From: an uncultured Bdellovibrionales bacterium
GTDB lineage: Bacteria; Bdellovibrionota; Bdellovibrionia; Bdellovibrionales; JAMPXM01
Direction: 5' to 3'
Length of the DNA: 64,000 bases
NCBI GenBank assembly: GCA_964405465.1
Contig: CAYONZ010000015.1
Coordinates: 3,721 to 67,720 of the forward strand
Every line of letters begins with the position of its first letter. The first letter of the stretch is position 1. Of the stretch, positions 46,196-54,522 are shown one piece after another. The notes beneath the pieces are model-generated. The model was not told the DNA's origin. It did no database searches and worked only from the letters and a program-made list of their open reading frames with translations. The position numbers and the translations under genes are program-made.

Positions 46196-46444
46196 CTTGG
46201 GTAAATTGGATCATGGGCGCAACTTACTAGAATGGTTGAATTAATTTGGAGCAACCAAAGAATTTGTGCGGCACCAGTACTAGTTCTTCAGTCAAGAAAT
46301 GTAGGTTCCATTTTCAATCAAAGACCAACGAGCCCTGGAGACATTTTGAATTCGCAACAGAATATGATCGATAGATTTTTCAACAAATGATAAATTGCCA
46401 CTAGACAATGAGCTTCGAGAATAAAATTAATTCGGAGAAAATAC

Positions 46445-48427
46445 ATGAAATACGTAAAAGTGGCGGCAGGTGTGGTCAACCAGACCCCACTCGACTGGAC
46501 TGGAAACAAGAATCGGATCCTGCAAACCATTGCGCATGCCCAAAAGAGTTCAGCATCGATTCTCTGCCTGCCTGAACTCTGTATTACCGGTTACGGGTGC
46601 GAGGACGCTTTTTTTTCTCCCTTCGTACATGACAAAGCTCTCCAGATATTAAAACAAATTCTGCCCCACACAGTGGGACTCGTGGTCACCCTAGGCTTAC
46701 CCATTTTTCACCAAGGTGCCATTTTCAACACCACGGCCGTCATCGCAAATGGGCAAATTCTCGGGTTCATTCCCAAGAAACAGCTCGCTGGGGACGGAGT
46801 CCACTACGAGAACCGATGGTTTAAGACCTGGCCAAACGATGTCTATGATTCACTCAAGCTCGATGGTTTAGATTACCCATTTGGAGATTTCTTTTTTGAG
46901 ATCGGCGACATCCGAATTGGCCTCGAAATCTGCGAAGAAGCTTGGGTCGCCAAACGCACAGGGGCGCAGCTCGCGCAGAAGGCAACAGACATCATTCTGA
47001 ATCCCAGTGCAAGTCACTTCGCCTTTGGAAAACACGAAGTTCGCAAACGATTTGTCCTCGAGGGCTCGCGAGCTTTTGGCGTGGCATACGTGTACACGAA
47101 TTTGGTAGGCAACGAATCGGGACGAATTATATTTGATGGTGGAGCGCTTATTGCCTCAAATGGTCAGATCGTGCTGCAATCTCCGCGTTTTTCTTTTGCC
47201 GACTCGGCCATTTATACTGCCGTAATTGATGTTGAGATGAATCGAACCAAACGCGCACAGACCGCAAGTTTCACACCTCTGATGGGGACGGACCCCTCGC
47301 TGATTCGAGTACCGTTTTCTTGGCTCGAGTGTAAACCCGAAATTTCTCATGCCGAGGTCCACGCTTGGGAACAAAGTGCTGATATTAAAAATGAAGAATT
47401 CTATCGTGCCGAGGTGCTAGCCCTATTCGACTATTTGAGAAAAAGCCGTTCTTCCGGATTTGCGGTTTCACTCTCTGGCGGAGTGGATTCTGCGGTTTGC
47501 GCTACCCTCGCCGCTAAGTGTTTCGAGTGCGCGGCCAAAGAAATTGGCCTAGATCAATTGAAAACTCGCCTCGCATACATCCCCAAGATCGACCGACACC
47601 TTTCCCTTCAATCCCTGACAAAACAAATGGTCCTGACTCTCTACCAAAGCACCCAAAACAGCTCCAATGACACCCGAAATGCAGCAACAAAAGTTGCTTT
47701 CGAGCTGGGGACGGAGCACCACCAGTGGAACATTGATGGCCTTCTCAAGGAGTATCACTCTCGGGTAGAAACCATTATTGGACGTCCTCTTTCCTGGGCC
47801 ACCGATGACATCGCCTTACAAAATGTCCAAGCTCGAGTGCGATCCCCAGGTGTCTGGATGCTCGCCAATCTCAGGGGTGCACTCTTGTTGGCAACCAGCA
47901 ATCGCAGTGAAGCCGCGGTCGGATACGCAACAATGGACGGCGACACCTCCGGGGGACTGAGCCCGATTGCGGGTGTCGATAAAGCATTTCTGCAAACATG
48001 GATTCGATGGATGGCAGAACACGGGCCAGCGGATGGAAACAAAGTGGCCTCCCTAGCTGAGGTCTATAAAGTGCCGCCCTCAGCCGAGCTCCGTCCCCCA
48101 GAAAAGCATCAAACCGATGAGGCAGATTTGATGCCTTACTCTGTTCTTGATGCTATTGAGCGGGCGTTTATTCGGGATCGCAAAGCACCACTCGAAATTT
48201 TGTCACTATTAAAAATACATTTCCCACAGTTTCCACCAGAGATGCTTCGCAATTGGACGTCTCGCTTTCTTCGACTCTGGGCACAGAATCAGTGGAAGCG
48301 TGAGCGATATGCTCCAGCATTTCACCTTGATGACGAGAGCCTAGACCCCAAAACCTGGTGCAGATTCCCGATATTATCCAATGGATTCATTGATGAAATA
48401 GAGGACATTAAAAATTGGAACCCTTAG
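46445..48427 (+). CDS. nadE: glutamine-dependent NAD+ synthetase
   Basis: N-terminal CN-hydrolase domain (LEICEEAW) and C-terminal NAD synthetase domain with P-loop SLSGGVDSAV. Confidence 0.9.
   Translation: MKYVKVAAGVVNQTPLDWTGNKNRILQTIAHAQKSSASILCLPELCITGYGCEDAFFSPFVHDKALQILKQILPHTVGLVVTLGLPIFHQGAIFNTTAVIANGQILGFIPKKQLAGDGVHYENRWFKTWPNDVYDSLKLDGLDYPFGDFFFEIGDIRIGLEICEEAWVAKRTGAQLAQKATDIILNPSASHFAFGKHEVRKRFVLEGSRAFGVAYVYTNLVGNESGRIIFDGGALIASNGQIVLQSPRFSFADSAIYTAVIDVEMNRTKRAQTASFTPLMGTDPSLIRVPFSWLECKPEISHAEVHAWEQSADIKNEEFYRAEVLALFDYLRKSRSSGFAVSLSGGVDSAVCATLAAKCFECAAKEIGLDQLKTRLAYIPKIDRHLSLQSLTKQMVLTLYQSTQNSSNDTRNAATKVAFELGTEHHQWNIDGLLKEYHSRVETIIGRPLSWATDDIALQNVQARVRSPGVWMLANLRGALLLATSNRSEAAVGYATMDGDTSGGLSPIAGVDKAFLQTWIRWMAEHGPADGNKVASLAEVYKVPPSAELRPPEKHQTDEADLMPYSVLDAIERAFIRDRKAPLEILSLLKIHFPQFPPEMLRNWTSRFLRLWAQNQWKRERYAPAFHLDDESLDPKTWCRFPILSNGFIDEIEDIKNWNP
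46790..46799 (+). repeat. GGGGACGGAG motif copy (exact)
   Basis: In nadE (A-G-D-G-V-H). Confidence 0.9.
47284..47293 (+). repeat. GGGGACGGAG motif, 9/10 copy
   Basis: GGGGACGGAc. In nadE (M-G-T-D-P). Confidence 0.6.
47707..47716 (+). repeat. GGGGACGGAG motif copy (exact)
   Basis: In nadE (L-G-T-E-H). Confidence 0.9.
48089..48098 (-). repeat. GGGGACGGAG motif copy (exact)
   Basis: CTCCGTCCCC in the sense of nadE (E-L-R-P-P). Part of the 13-mer GAGCTCCGTCCCC. Confidence 0.9.
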
Positions 48428-48665
48428 AGTTATACCTGTAGGCGTACAAGGCAATTGTCGCTGTCTCTAGATCACTGGAACACAATGGATCTATACCTCA
48501 ACCTACTGATTGAGTGTCCCGATTTCCACTGCCCAAAGTTTTCACGTTTTTGAGCAGTGTATAAGCCATCGACACTCAGGAAGAAATTCTAGAGCTACAA
48601 AAATTTAGCCATCCACTTTCGAGATGATCATTTTTCTGGCTCCGATTACAGGGTAAGATGCGGCG

Positions 48666-49847
48666 ATGGCGAGAATCTTCAATAGAAAATTCTATTTCGA
48701 GCTAATCTTAAGCGTCCTAATAGGTACACTTTTACCCAAAGTTTCACTGGCAAGAGCAGAATCGATTTCTATCAAGGCAGACCAAGTTGTGTCGCACGTT
48801 AATCGTGTTTGGTATGGACGAATTCATAAAATTCTAGAATTCAGAGTTTTTGATCTCCGACATTGCTCTACATCCTTTCGGCAAATGACTCTCCAGCGTT
48901 TCAATCAAATGAGTCTCGATTCCTCAGACTCGATCGCTCTGACACAGCTTCTTGAGTTCTACCAACATACTCACTCTCCACAAATTGAGATGAACTGCCA
49001 AATGCAACTCGATAAGAACGAAAATCTTTTTTGGAAACATGAGACAAGGGCCTTTAAAATTCCTAAATTAATTTTTCCTATGTCAACAGTACTTCAAGAG
49101 CTCAATCCACATTGCATCTCAAGGCAAGTGCCATCACTCAATGGCAAATATGACTCTAATCCGTGTTTGGCCGCAGACGAAATGATTGGTCGCGGACTTA
49201 TGACCGACCTCGAACTGTGGCATTCCCAAATGTCACAAATCAACACTGAACTTCGAGTTCGATTTTCCGAAAGGACAGACAAAAATCCCTCTATAGATCT
49301 CTATGCGGTATTTCTATCGGCCACTTCCACAAGAGATACGCCTGAAAATCGGGAGCGAGCGATCGCGATGGTGGCAGGGGCACTGGCCTCGGCTCCAAGT
49401 TGGTCGGCCTACTTTGACGGAATCACCGATGTAGTTTGGAGAGACCAAATGAAGGACAGTAGGTATTCATTGTCCCCCCGCGAAATCCAAAAACTCGTGG
49501 AATTCATCCCTGCGCTTCGTTTACAGATCGACGAACTCAGCCAACTTTTCAAGTGGGGACGGAGCAATGTCGAAGGAATGAATTGGCAGGGGATCGACCT
49601 CTCGGATAGCAATCACCACAACATGATGTCCGCATATTTAGCATGCCATTACCGAGAGCGGACGGCACTGACCCATGAATTTCTTCCTAAGCTAATGGGA
49701 CAGATCTACGAAGCAAAAGACTTTGCCTCACACCTTCTTGTCGACAAAGACAGTTGGCCGATTGCCGTCCAAAATTTTACGACAGACACAAATCGCTACT
49801 CCGCTGGCGCCGAATGGGGCTACCGCTTTTGTAAAATGAGGCTTTAG
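48666..49847 (+). CDS. hypothetical secreted protein
   Basis: 393-aa ORF with a signal-peptide-like N-terminus. No family recognised. Confidence 0.45.
   Translation: MARIFNRKFYFELILSVLIGTLLPKVSLARAESISIKADQVVSHVNRVWYGRIHKILEFRVFDLRHCSTSFRQMTLQRFNQMSLDSSDSIALTQLLEFYQHTHSPQIEMNCQMQLDKNENLFWKHETRAFKIPKLIFPMSTVLQELNPHCISRQVPSLNGKYDSNPCLAADEMIGRGLMTDLELWHSQMSQINTELRVRFSERTDKNPSIDLYAVFLSATSTRDTPENRERAIAMVAGALASAPSWSAYFDGITDVVWRDQMKDSRYSLSPREIQKLVEFIPALRLQIDELSQLFKWGRSNVEGMNWQGIDLSDSNHHNMMSAYLACHYRERTALTHEFLPKLMGQIYEAKDFASHLLVDKDSWPIAVQNFTTDTNRYSAGAEWGYRFCKMRL
49555..49564 (+). repeat. GGGGACGGAG motif copy (exact)
   Basis: In the hypothetical gene (K-W-G-R-S-N). Confidence 0.9.
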
Positions 49848-49903
49848 CGGCAACGCCCAAATACTCCAAATTTGTTTGGGCCAACTCGGCTCGATACGAC
49901 CGA

Positions 49904-49940
49904 GGCTCCGTCCCCCGGTCTTTGATTAGGGGACGGAGCC
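49904..49940. repeat. perfect 12-bp inverted repeat GGCTCCGTCCCC-N13-GGGGACGGAGCC (motif doublet)
   Basis: Read directly. Intergenic, between the hypothetical gene and menB. No T-run follows it. Confidence 0.95.
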
Positions 49941-50132
49941 CAGTGATTGCGGGCACAAGAGATCTAAGCCGTGGACCGGGCGCGCGAGGCGTTAGATGGA
50001 ACTGTCCGGGATTCCGGCTACATTTTTTTTTGTAATTCTGCTAAACCCTCAGGCACACTAAGTCGCACCATTTTTCTAATCACCTGCAGGAGGATTCGCG
50101 TGGGCACATCAAAATCAGAAGTTTGGATAAAA

Positions 50133-50933
50133 ATGAAAGACTACACCGACATCAAGCTTGAAAAAACAGCCGATGGCGTGGCCAAGGTAACCATAAATCG
50201 ACCCGAAGTTCGCAATGCATTTCGCCCACTCACGGTGCAGGAACTTCAAGATGCATTTAATATTTGCCGAGATGACGGCTCAGTTGGCGTTGTGATTCTC
50301 ACCGGAGCTGGTGATTTAGCTTTTTGTTCAGGTGGAGACCAACGAGTTCGTGGCACTGGCGGCTATGTCGGTGGGGACGGAGTCCCTCGGTTAAACGTAC
50401 TTGATCTTCAAAAACAAATTCGCAGCATCCCAAAACCCGTGATTGCCATGGTTGCCGGATACGCAGTTGGCGGAGGACACGTACTCCACGTCGTCTGTGA
50501 TCTTTCAATTGCCGCCGACAACGCTCGCTTCGGACAAACCGGACCAAAAGTTGGATCATTCGATGGCGGTCTCGGCAGCAGTTATCTCGCCAGAATTGTG
50601 GGCCAAAAGAAAGCTCGTGAAATTTGGTACCTCTGCCGTCAATACGACGCCCAACAGGCTCTCGACATGGGACTCGTCAATGCCGTTGTTCCTCTGGCAG
50701 AGCTTGAAACCGAAACTCTCAAATGGTGCCGCGAAATTCTCGAACACTCACCGCTTGCGCTTCGCTGCTTAAAGGCCTCACTCAACGCAGATTGCGATGG
50801 GCAAATGGGTCTTCTCGATTTGGCCGGTAACGCCACACTTTTGTATTATCTCTCAGAAGAAGCAAAAGAAGGAAAACAGGCCTATTTGGAAAAGCGTCAG
50901 CCTGATTTTTCTAAGTTTCCACGATTACCATAA
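50133..50933 (+). CDS. menB: 1,4-dihydroxy-2-naphthoyl-CoA synthase
   Basis: Near-full-length similarity to MenB ([41 protein letters not shown]). The track ORF from 49971 is an unsupported N-terminal extension. Confidence 0.92.
   Translation: MKDYTDIKLEKTADGVAKVTINRPEVRNAFRPLTVQELQDAFNICRDDGSVGVVILTGAGDLAFCSGGDQRVRGTGGYVGGDGVPRLNVLDLQKQIRSIPKPVIAMVAGYAVGGGHVLHVVCDLSIAADNARFGQTGPKVGSFDGGLGSSYLARIVGQKKAREIWYLCRQYDAQQALDMGLVNAVVPLAELETETLKWCREILEHSPLALRCLKASLNADCDGQMGLLDLAGNATLLYYLSEEAKEGKQAYLEKRQPDFSKFPRLP
50373..50382 (+). repeat. GGGGACGGAG motif copy (exact)
   Basis: In a variable loop of menB (V-G-G-D-G-V-P). Confidence 0.9.
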
Positions 50934-50939
50934 TTTTAA

Positions 50940-51950
50940 GTGGAAGATATCGTGACAGAAACTCAAAGTTCCCTTCGCGCATCACCACCAGTTCACTCGG
51001 GCCCAACAGGAAATGCTGTTGGCCCCTGGCTTTTGGCTTTAAGGCCAAAGACTCTCACTGCAGCATTGGTTCCCGTGGTGGTTGCCTCCGCACTTTGCTA
51101 CTCAAACTGGAAAACCACCTGTGGCATTGACAGTGCCAATTCTTCGATTCTCTCTCTAAACCATCCGTGCGTTCCATTTGCCTGGTGGATTTCGATCTTT
51201 GCTCTACTCAGCTCGGTATTTATTCAAATCGGCACTAATCTGGTAAACGATGCCCTTGACTTCAAAAAAGGCGCCGACACCGAATCACGCATTGGACCCA
51301 AGAGAGTTACCCAAACCGGTCTTCTCACTGATAAACAGGTTTTATTTGGTGCCATGATCTGCTTTTTATTGGCAACGCTTTTCGGAGTTCCCCTCGTATT
51401 AACCGGTGGATGGCCGATTGCCTTAGTGGGACTCATTTCTATCGCATGTGCTTACGGTTACACTGGAGGCCCATTTCCACTCGCCTACCGTGGCCTCGGT
51501 GACTTGTTTGTGATTATTTTTTTTGGTTGGGTTGCGGTTTTAGGTATGCAGTTTCTATTTATGAAATCAATCAACATTGATGGATTCATCGTTGGAACAC
51601 AGATCGGCTTTCTCGCAACGGTTTTAATTGCAATCAATAATTTGCGCGACCGAGATCAAGATGTTCATGTAAACAAAAAGACATTAGCCGTGCGCTTCGG
51701 AAAAAATTTCGCAAGAACCGAAATTGCAGTTCTTGCCTTTGCGCCTTTTATTCTGGGTGCATATTGGATAATGACCCATCGGGTGCTCATGGGCACAGTC
51801 CCGTTCATCGCGATTCCCCTAGCTATAAAAGTGGTAAACGGAATTTTCTCTAACGAACCCAGCTCGCTCTATAATCAGTTTCTCGGCAAAGCTGCCGGCC
51901 TACATCTGCTCTTCGGGATAGGCCTAGCAATCGCGGCGGTATTTTCGTGA
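50940..51950 (+). CDS. menA: 1,4-dihydroxy-2-naphthoate polyprenyltransferase
   Basis: UbiA-family Asp-rich motifs NDALDFKKGAD and NNLRDRDQD, multiple TM helices, men-operon context. Confidence 0.85.
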   Translation: MEDIVTETQSSLRASPPVHSGPTGNAVGPWLLALRPKTLTAALVPVVVASALCYSNWKTTCGIDSANSSILSLNHPCVPFAWWISIFALLSSVFIQIGTNLVNDALDFKKGADTESRIGPKRVTQTGLLTDKQVLFGAMICFLLATLFGVPLVLTGGWPIALVGLISIACAYGYTGGPFPLAYRGLGDLFVIIFFGWVAVLGMQFLFMKSINIDGFIVGTQIGFLATVLIAINNLRDRDQDVHVNKKTLAVRFGKNFARTEIAVLAFAPFILGAYWIMTHRVLMGTVPFIAIPLAIKVVNGIFSNEPSSLYNQFLGKAAGLHLLFGIGLAIAAVFS

Positions 51951-53056
51951 ACATCTCGGACCACCCAAGTCGTAACGTAGCGATTTGGAGCGCACCCTAC
52001 ATATTAGAGCGCCGCAATTCCTCTGGTTCAGATGATGTTCGCTACGGCACACTTTTGAAATTCAATTTTCCTGATGGCGTGGGCTATGCAGATCTTCACC
52101 CCTGGCCAGAACTCGGGGACCTCGACTTAAAAACTCAACTCGAGGCTCTCGCTTCAGGAAAACTTCAAACACAACAACTGAAAAACAGCTTTCTTTTTGC
52201 AACAATTGACGCAAAAAATCGTTCGCAAAATCTCAATGCGTTTGCTGGAGCAACGGTGCCTCAAAGTCACTTTCTTTTGGCAAATACAAATCATCTTCAC
52301 CTTACAACCCTTATGCTCATCACTGAAGACTCGTTTCGAGCAATAAAAATCAAGGTCGGAAGAAATCTCGAACAGGAGATGAAGTGTTTTAAAAAGATCT
52401 CAGAGGAATGGCCCGAAGATTTGGCAATTCGACTAGACTTCAACGCAATAGCGCCTCTGAACGATGTCTGTGCTTTTTTTAAAAGTCTTCCAAAAAATAT
52501 TCGAGATAAAATTGAATTTGTCGAGGATCCAATTTCCTTGCGTGGATTACGTCCTGACCAACAAAGTGATTTAATGCAATTACTAGATCGTGAAGTTGGG
52601 CACACCATCACCTGGGCCCAAGACTTCGAACCCATCATTGGAAACTCTAGCCATGCTAAAGTGCAAATTTTGAAGCCTGCCGTCGATATAGTAACAATGC
52701 AAGTGGCATCAACAAATGAAACTCAGATTCTAACAAATTTATCCAAACATGACATCGTCGTATCGAGCTATCTCGATCATCCGCTCGCACAAACACAAGC
52801 CGCTTATATAGCCACTCGCCTCATGCAACTCGCCCCCGAAAAAATTCGAACTTGTGGCTTACTATCACACACGATTTACCAACCGTCAGAATTTTCTGAG
52901 GAGCTCGTCGCGAAGGGTCCCTACTTTCAAATCCCTTCCGGAGTGGGCTTCGGATTCGATTTACCTCTTGCTCGACAAAATTGGAAACTGCTCTCTGCAG
53001 TTTCCTGCTCCGACTTGTCTCAACAAGTTGGGAACCATGATGGTTTGGTGCAATGA
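51947..53056 (+). CDS. menC: o-succinylbenzoate synthase (enolase superfamily), divergent
   Basis: KIKVGRN, RLDFNA and FVEDP metal-ligand contexts. GTGA overlap with menA and ATGA overlap with menE. Confidence 0.65.
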   Translation: MNISDHPSRNVAIWSAPYILERRNSSGSDDVRYGTLLKFNFPDGVGYADLHPWPELGDLDLKTQLEALASGKLQTQQLKNSFLFATIDAKNRSQNLNAFAGATVPQSHFLLANTNHLHLTTLMLITEDSFRAIKIKVGRNLEQEMKCFKKISEEWPEDLAIRLDFNAIAPLNDVCAFFKSLPKNIRDKIEFVEDPISLRGLRPDQQSDLMQLLDREVGHTITWAQDFEPIIGNSSHAKVQILKPAVDIVTMQVASTNETQILTNLSKHDIVVSSYLDHPLAQTQAAYIATRLMQLAPEKIRTCGLLSHTIYQPSEFSEELVAKGPYFQIPSGVGFGFDLPLARQNWKLLSAVSCSDLSQQVGNHDGLVQ

Positions 53057-54471
53057 TGCCACAATTAAAACATTTCTCTGACCAACTTTCCAAAACCTGC
53101 GATTTCTATACAACCGATGGGAATGTCGAATGGCTAGGCAAATCCACCCATGTGATTCTGAATTCGCGTATGCCCTCGGAGACAAAAGAGCAAATCATTC
53201 GTACACTAAATAAAAACTGTTTTAGTGGAAATGGCAAAGATCATTGTCTTCCCGAAGAAAGCGTAGTGCTGCAAACTTCCGGATCTACCACTCCGATTAC
53301 GCCACTTGGAAAATCAGCTCAAACAAAACTTGTTGTACTTTCGAAGTCTGCATTTTTAGCATCTGCAGCTGCCGTCAATAAACACTTTTCTATTTCAGCA
53401 GAAGATCGATGGCTACAAGTGCTCCCACGATTTCATGTTGGTGGACTGGCAATTTATGCACGTGCATTTCTATCTAAATCTCCTGTGGTTGAGTCCTCAC
53501 TTATTGAAAACAAATGGGACGTTCACACCTTTTTGCGGGAGCTCACTCAAGCGAAAGCAACCCTGGTCTCACTTGTACCGACTCAGATATTTGACCTTTG
53601 TTCGCATGATCTTTCTCCGCCTGAAGATCTAAGAGCAGTGATTGTAGGTGGATCCAAACTAAGTGCATCTCTCTATCGAAGAGCCCGGCAACTAGGGTGG
53701 CCCATTTACCCTAGCTTCGGGGCGACTGAGCTCTGTTCACAAATCGCGACTGCACCCTATTCAATGACTTTCGATCCCACGAGTTGTGAATGGACCGGGA
53801 GGAGTGTCGCCCCTTTAGTGTCTGCGGACCGAGCTTTGCTAGATTTTAAATTTCCAGATCTTGAACTCTTGCCACATATTGAATGTCAAGTCGAAGCCAC
53901 AGGTCGGCTTCTATTTCGTGGACCTTCTTTGTTCTCAGGATACATTTTTGTGAGCAGTTCTCCCGAGTGGGGTGAATCAATGAATGCAGATGGCTGGTTT
54001 GCCTCAGAAGACTTTGGAAGCCTCAATGAAAAGACTCTTCGTATAAACGGACGAGGTGCTGACTATCTCAAAATAGGTGGTGAAGCTGTATCTTTGATCG
54101 AGCTGAATGAAATATTTGAGATCGCACGCGACAGAACACGTTTTGTTTATGACTGCTCACTATTGAGTCTTGCCGATGATCGCCTAGGAGAAAAAATTGT
54201 TTTGGCGGTGGCCTGTCCCATGGAATATTGGCCTACAGAACAGCAAGATGAAAATGACACTAAACCCACTGACCTCAGAAAAACTGCCCAAGCTTCTATC
54301 GAAAATTTAGTCGCCTGTTACAATTCAAATGTTTTACCTGTGGCAAAAATTCGTGAGGTCATTTGCATTAATAAAATTCCACGCTCGCCGCTCGGAAAAG
54401 TTTTGCGCGAAGAGCTTAAGACTTTGTGTTCAAAGAATAGCTCAAAGAGTGGTTCGCGAAAATTGTATTGA
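53053..54471 (+). CDS. menE: o-succinylbenzoate--CoA ligase, divergent
   Basis: Degenerate AMP-binding motif (LQTSGSTT) and size. The call rests mainly on operon position after menB, menA and menC. Confidence 0.65.
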   Translation: MMPQLKHFSDQLSKTCDFYTTDGNVEWLGKSTHVILNSRMPSETKEQIIRTLNKNCFSGNGKDHCLPEESVVLQTSGSTTPITPLGKSAQTKLVVLSKSAFLASAAAVNKHFSISAEDRWLQVLPRFHVGGLAIYARAFLSKSPVVESSLIENKWDVHTFLRELTQAKATLVSLVPTQIFDLCSHDLSPPEDLRAVIVGGSKLSASLYRRARQLGWPIYPSFGATELCSQIATAPYSMTFDPTSCEWTGRSVAPLVSADRALLDFKFPDLELLPHIECQVEATGRLLFRGPSLFSGYIFVSSSPEWGESMNADGWFASEDFGSLNEKTLRINGRGADYLKIGGEAVSLIELNEIFEIARDRTRFVYDCSLLSLADDRLGEKIVLAVACPMEYWPTEQQDENDTKPTDLRKTAQASIENLVACYNSNVLPVAKIREVICINKIPRSPLGKVLREELKTLCSKNSSKSGSRKLY

Positions 54472-54522
54472 ACGCCGATTCCTAATTCGGAAAAAAATGA
54501 TTTCACTAAAAAAGAAATTTGC

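Noticed and set aside
49971-50132. The track ORF start at 49971 for menB.
   Set aside because: The N-terminal 54 residues are not MenB-like and run through the intergenic motif doublet region. [24 protein letters not shown] at 50133 matches MenB N-termini.
29168-50382. The motif as a by-product of a recurrent protein motif (for example G-D-G) or of codon bias.
   Set aside because: The same DNA word is read in all three frames on the G-rich strand and in two or more frames on the C-rich strand. It also occurs in six intergenic positions.
54472-54522. A hairpin (CCGATTCCTAATTCGG followed by an A-run) as a bidirectional terminator between menE and the 944-aa gene.
   Set aside because: Only about 4 clean base pairs form. 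The A/T run is on the wrong side for the minus-strand gene, and there is no T-run for the plus strand.
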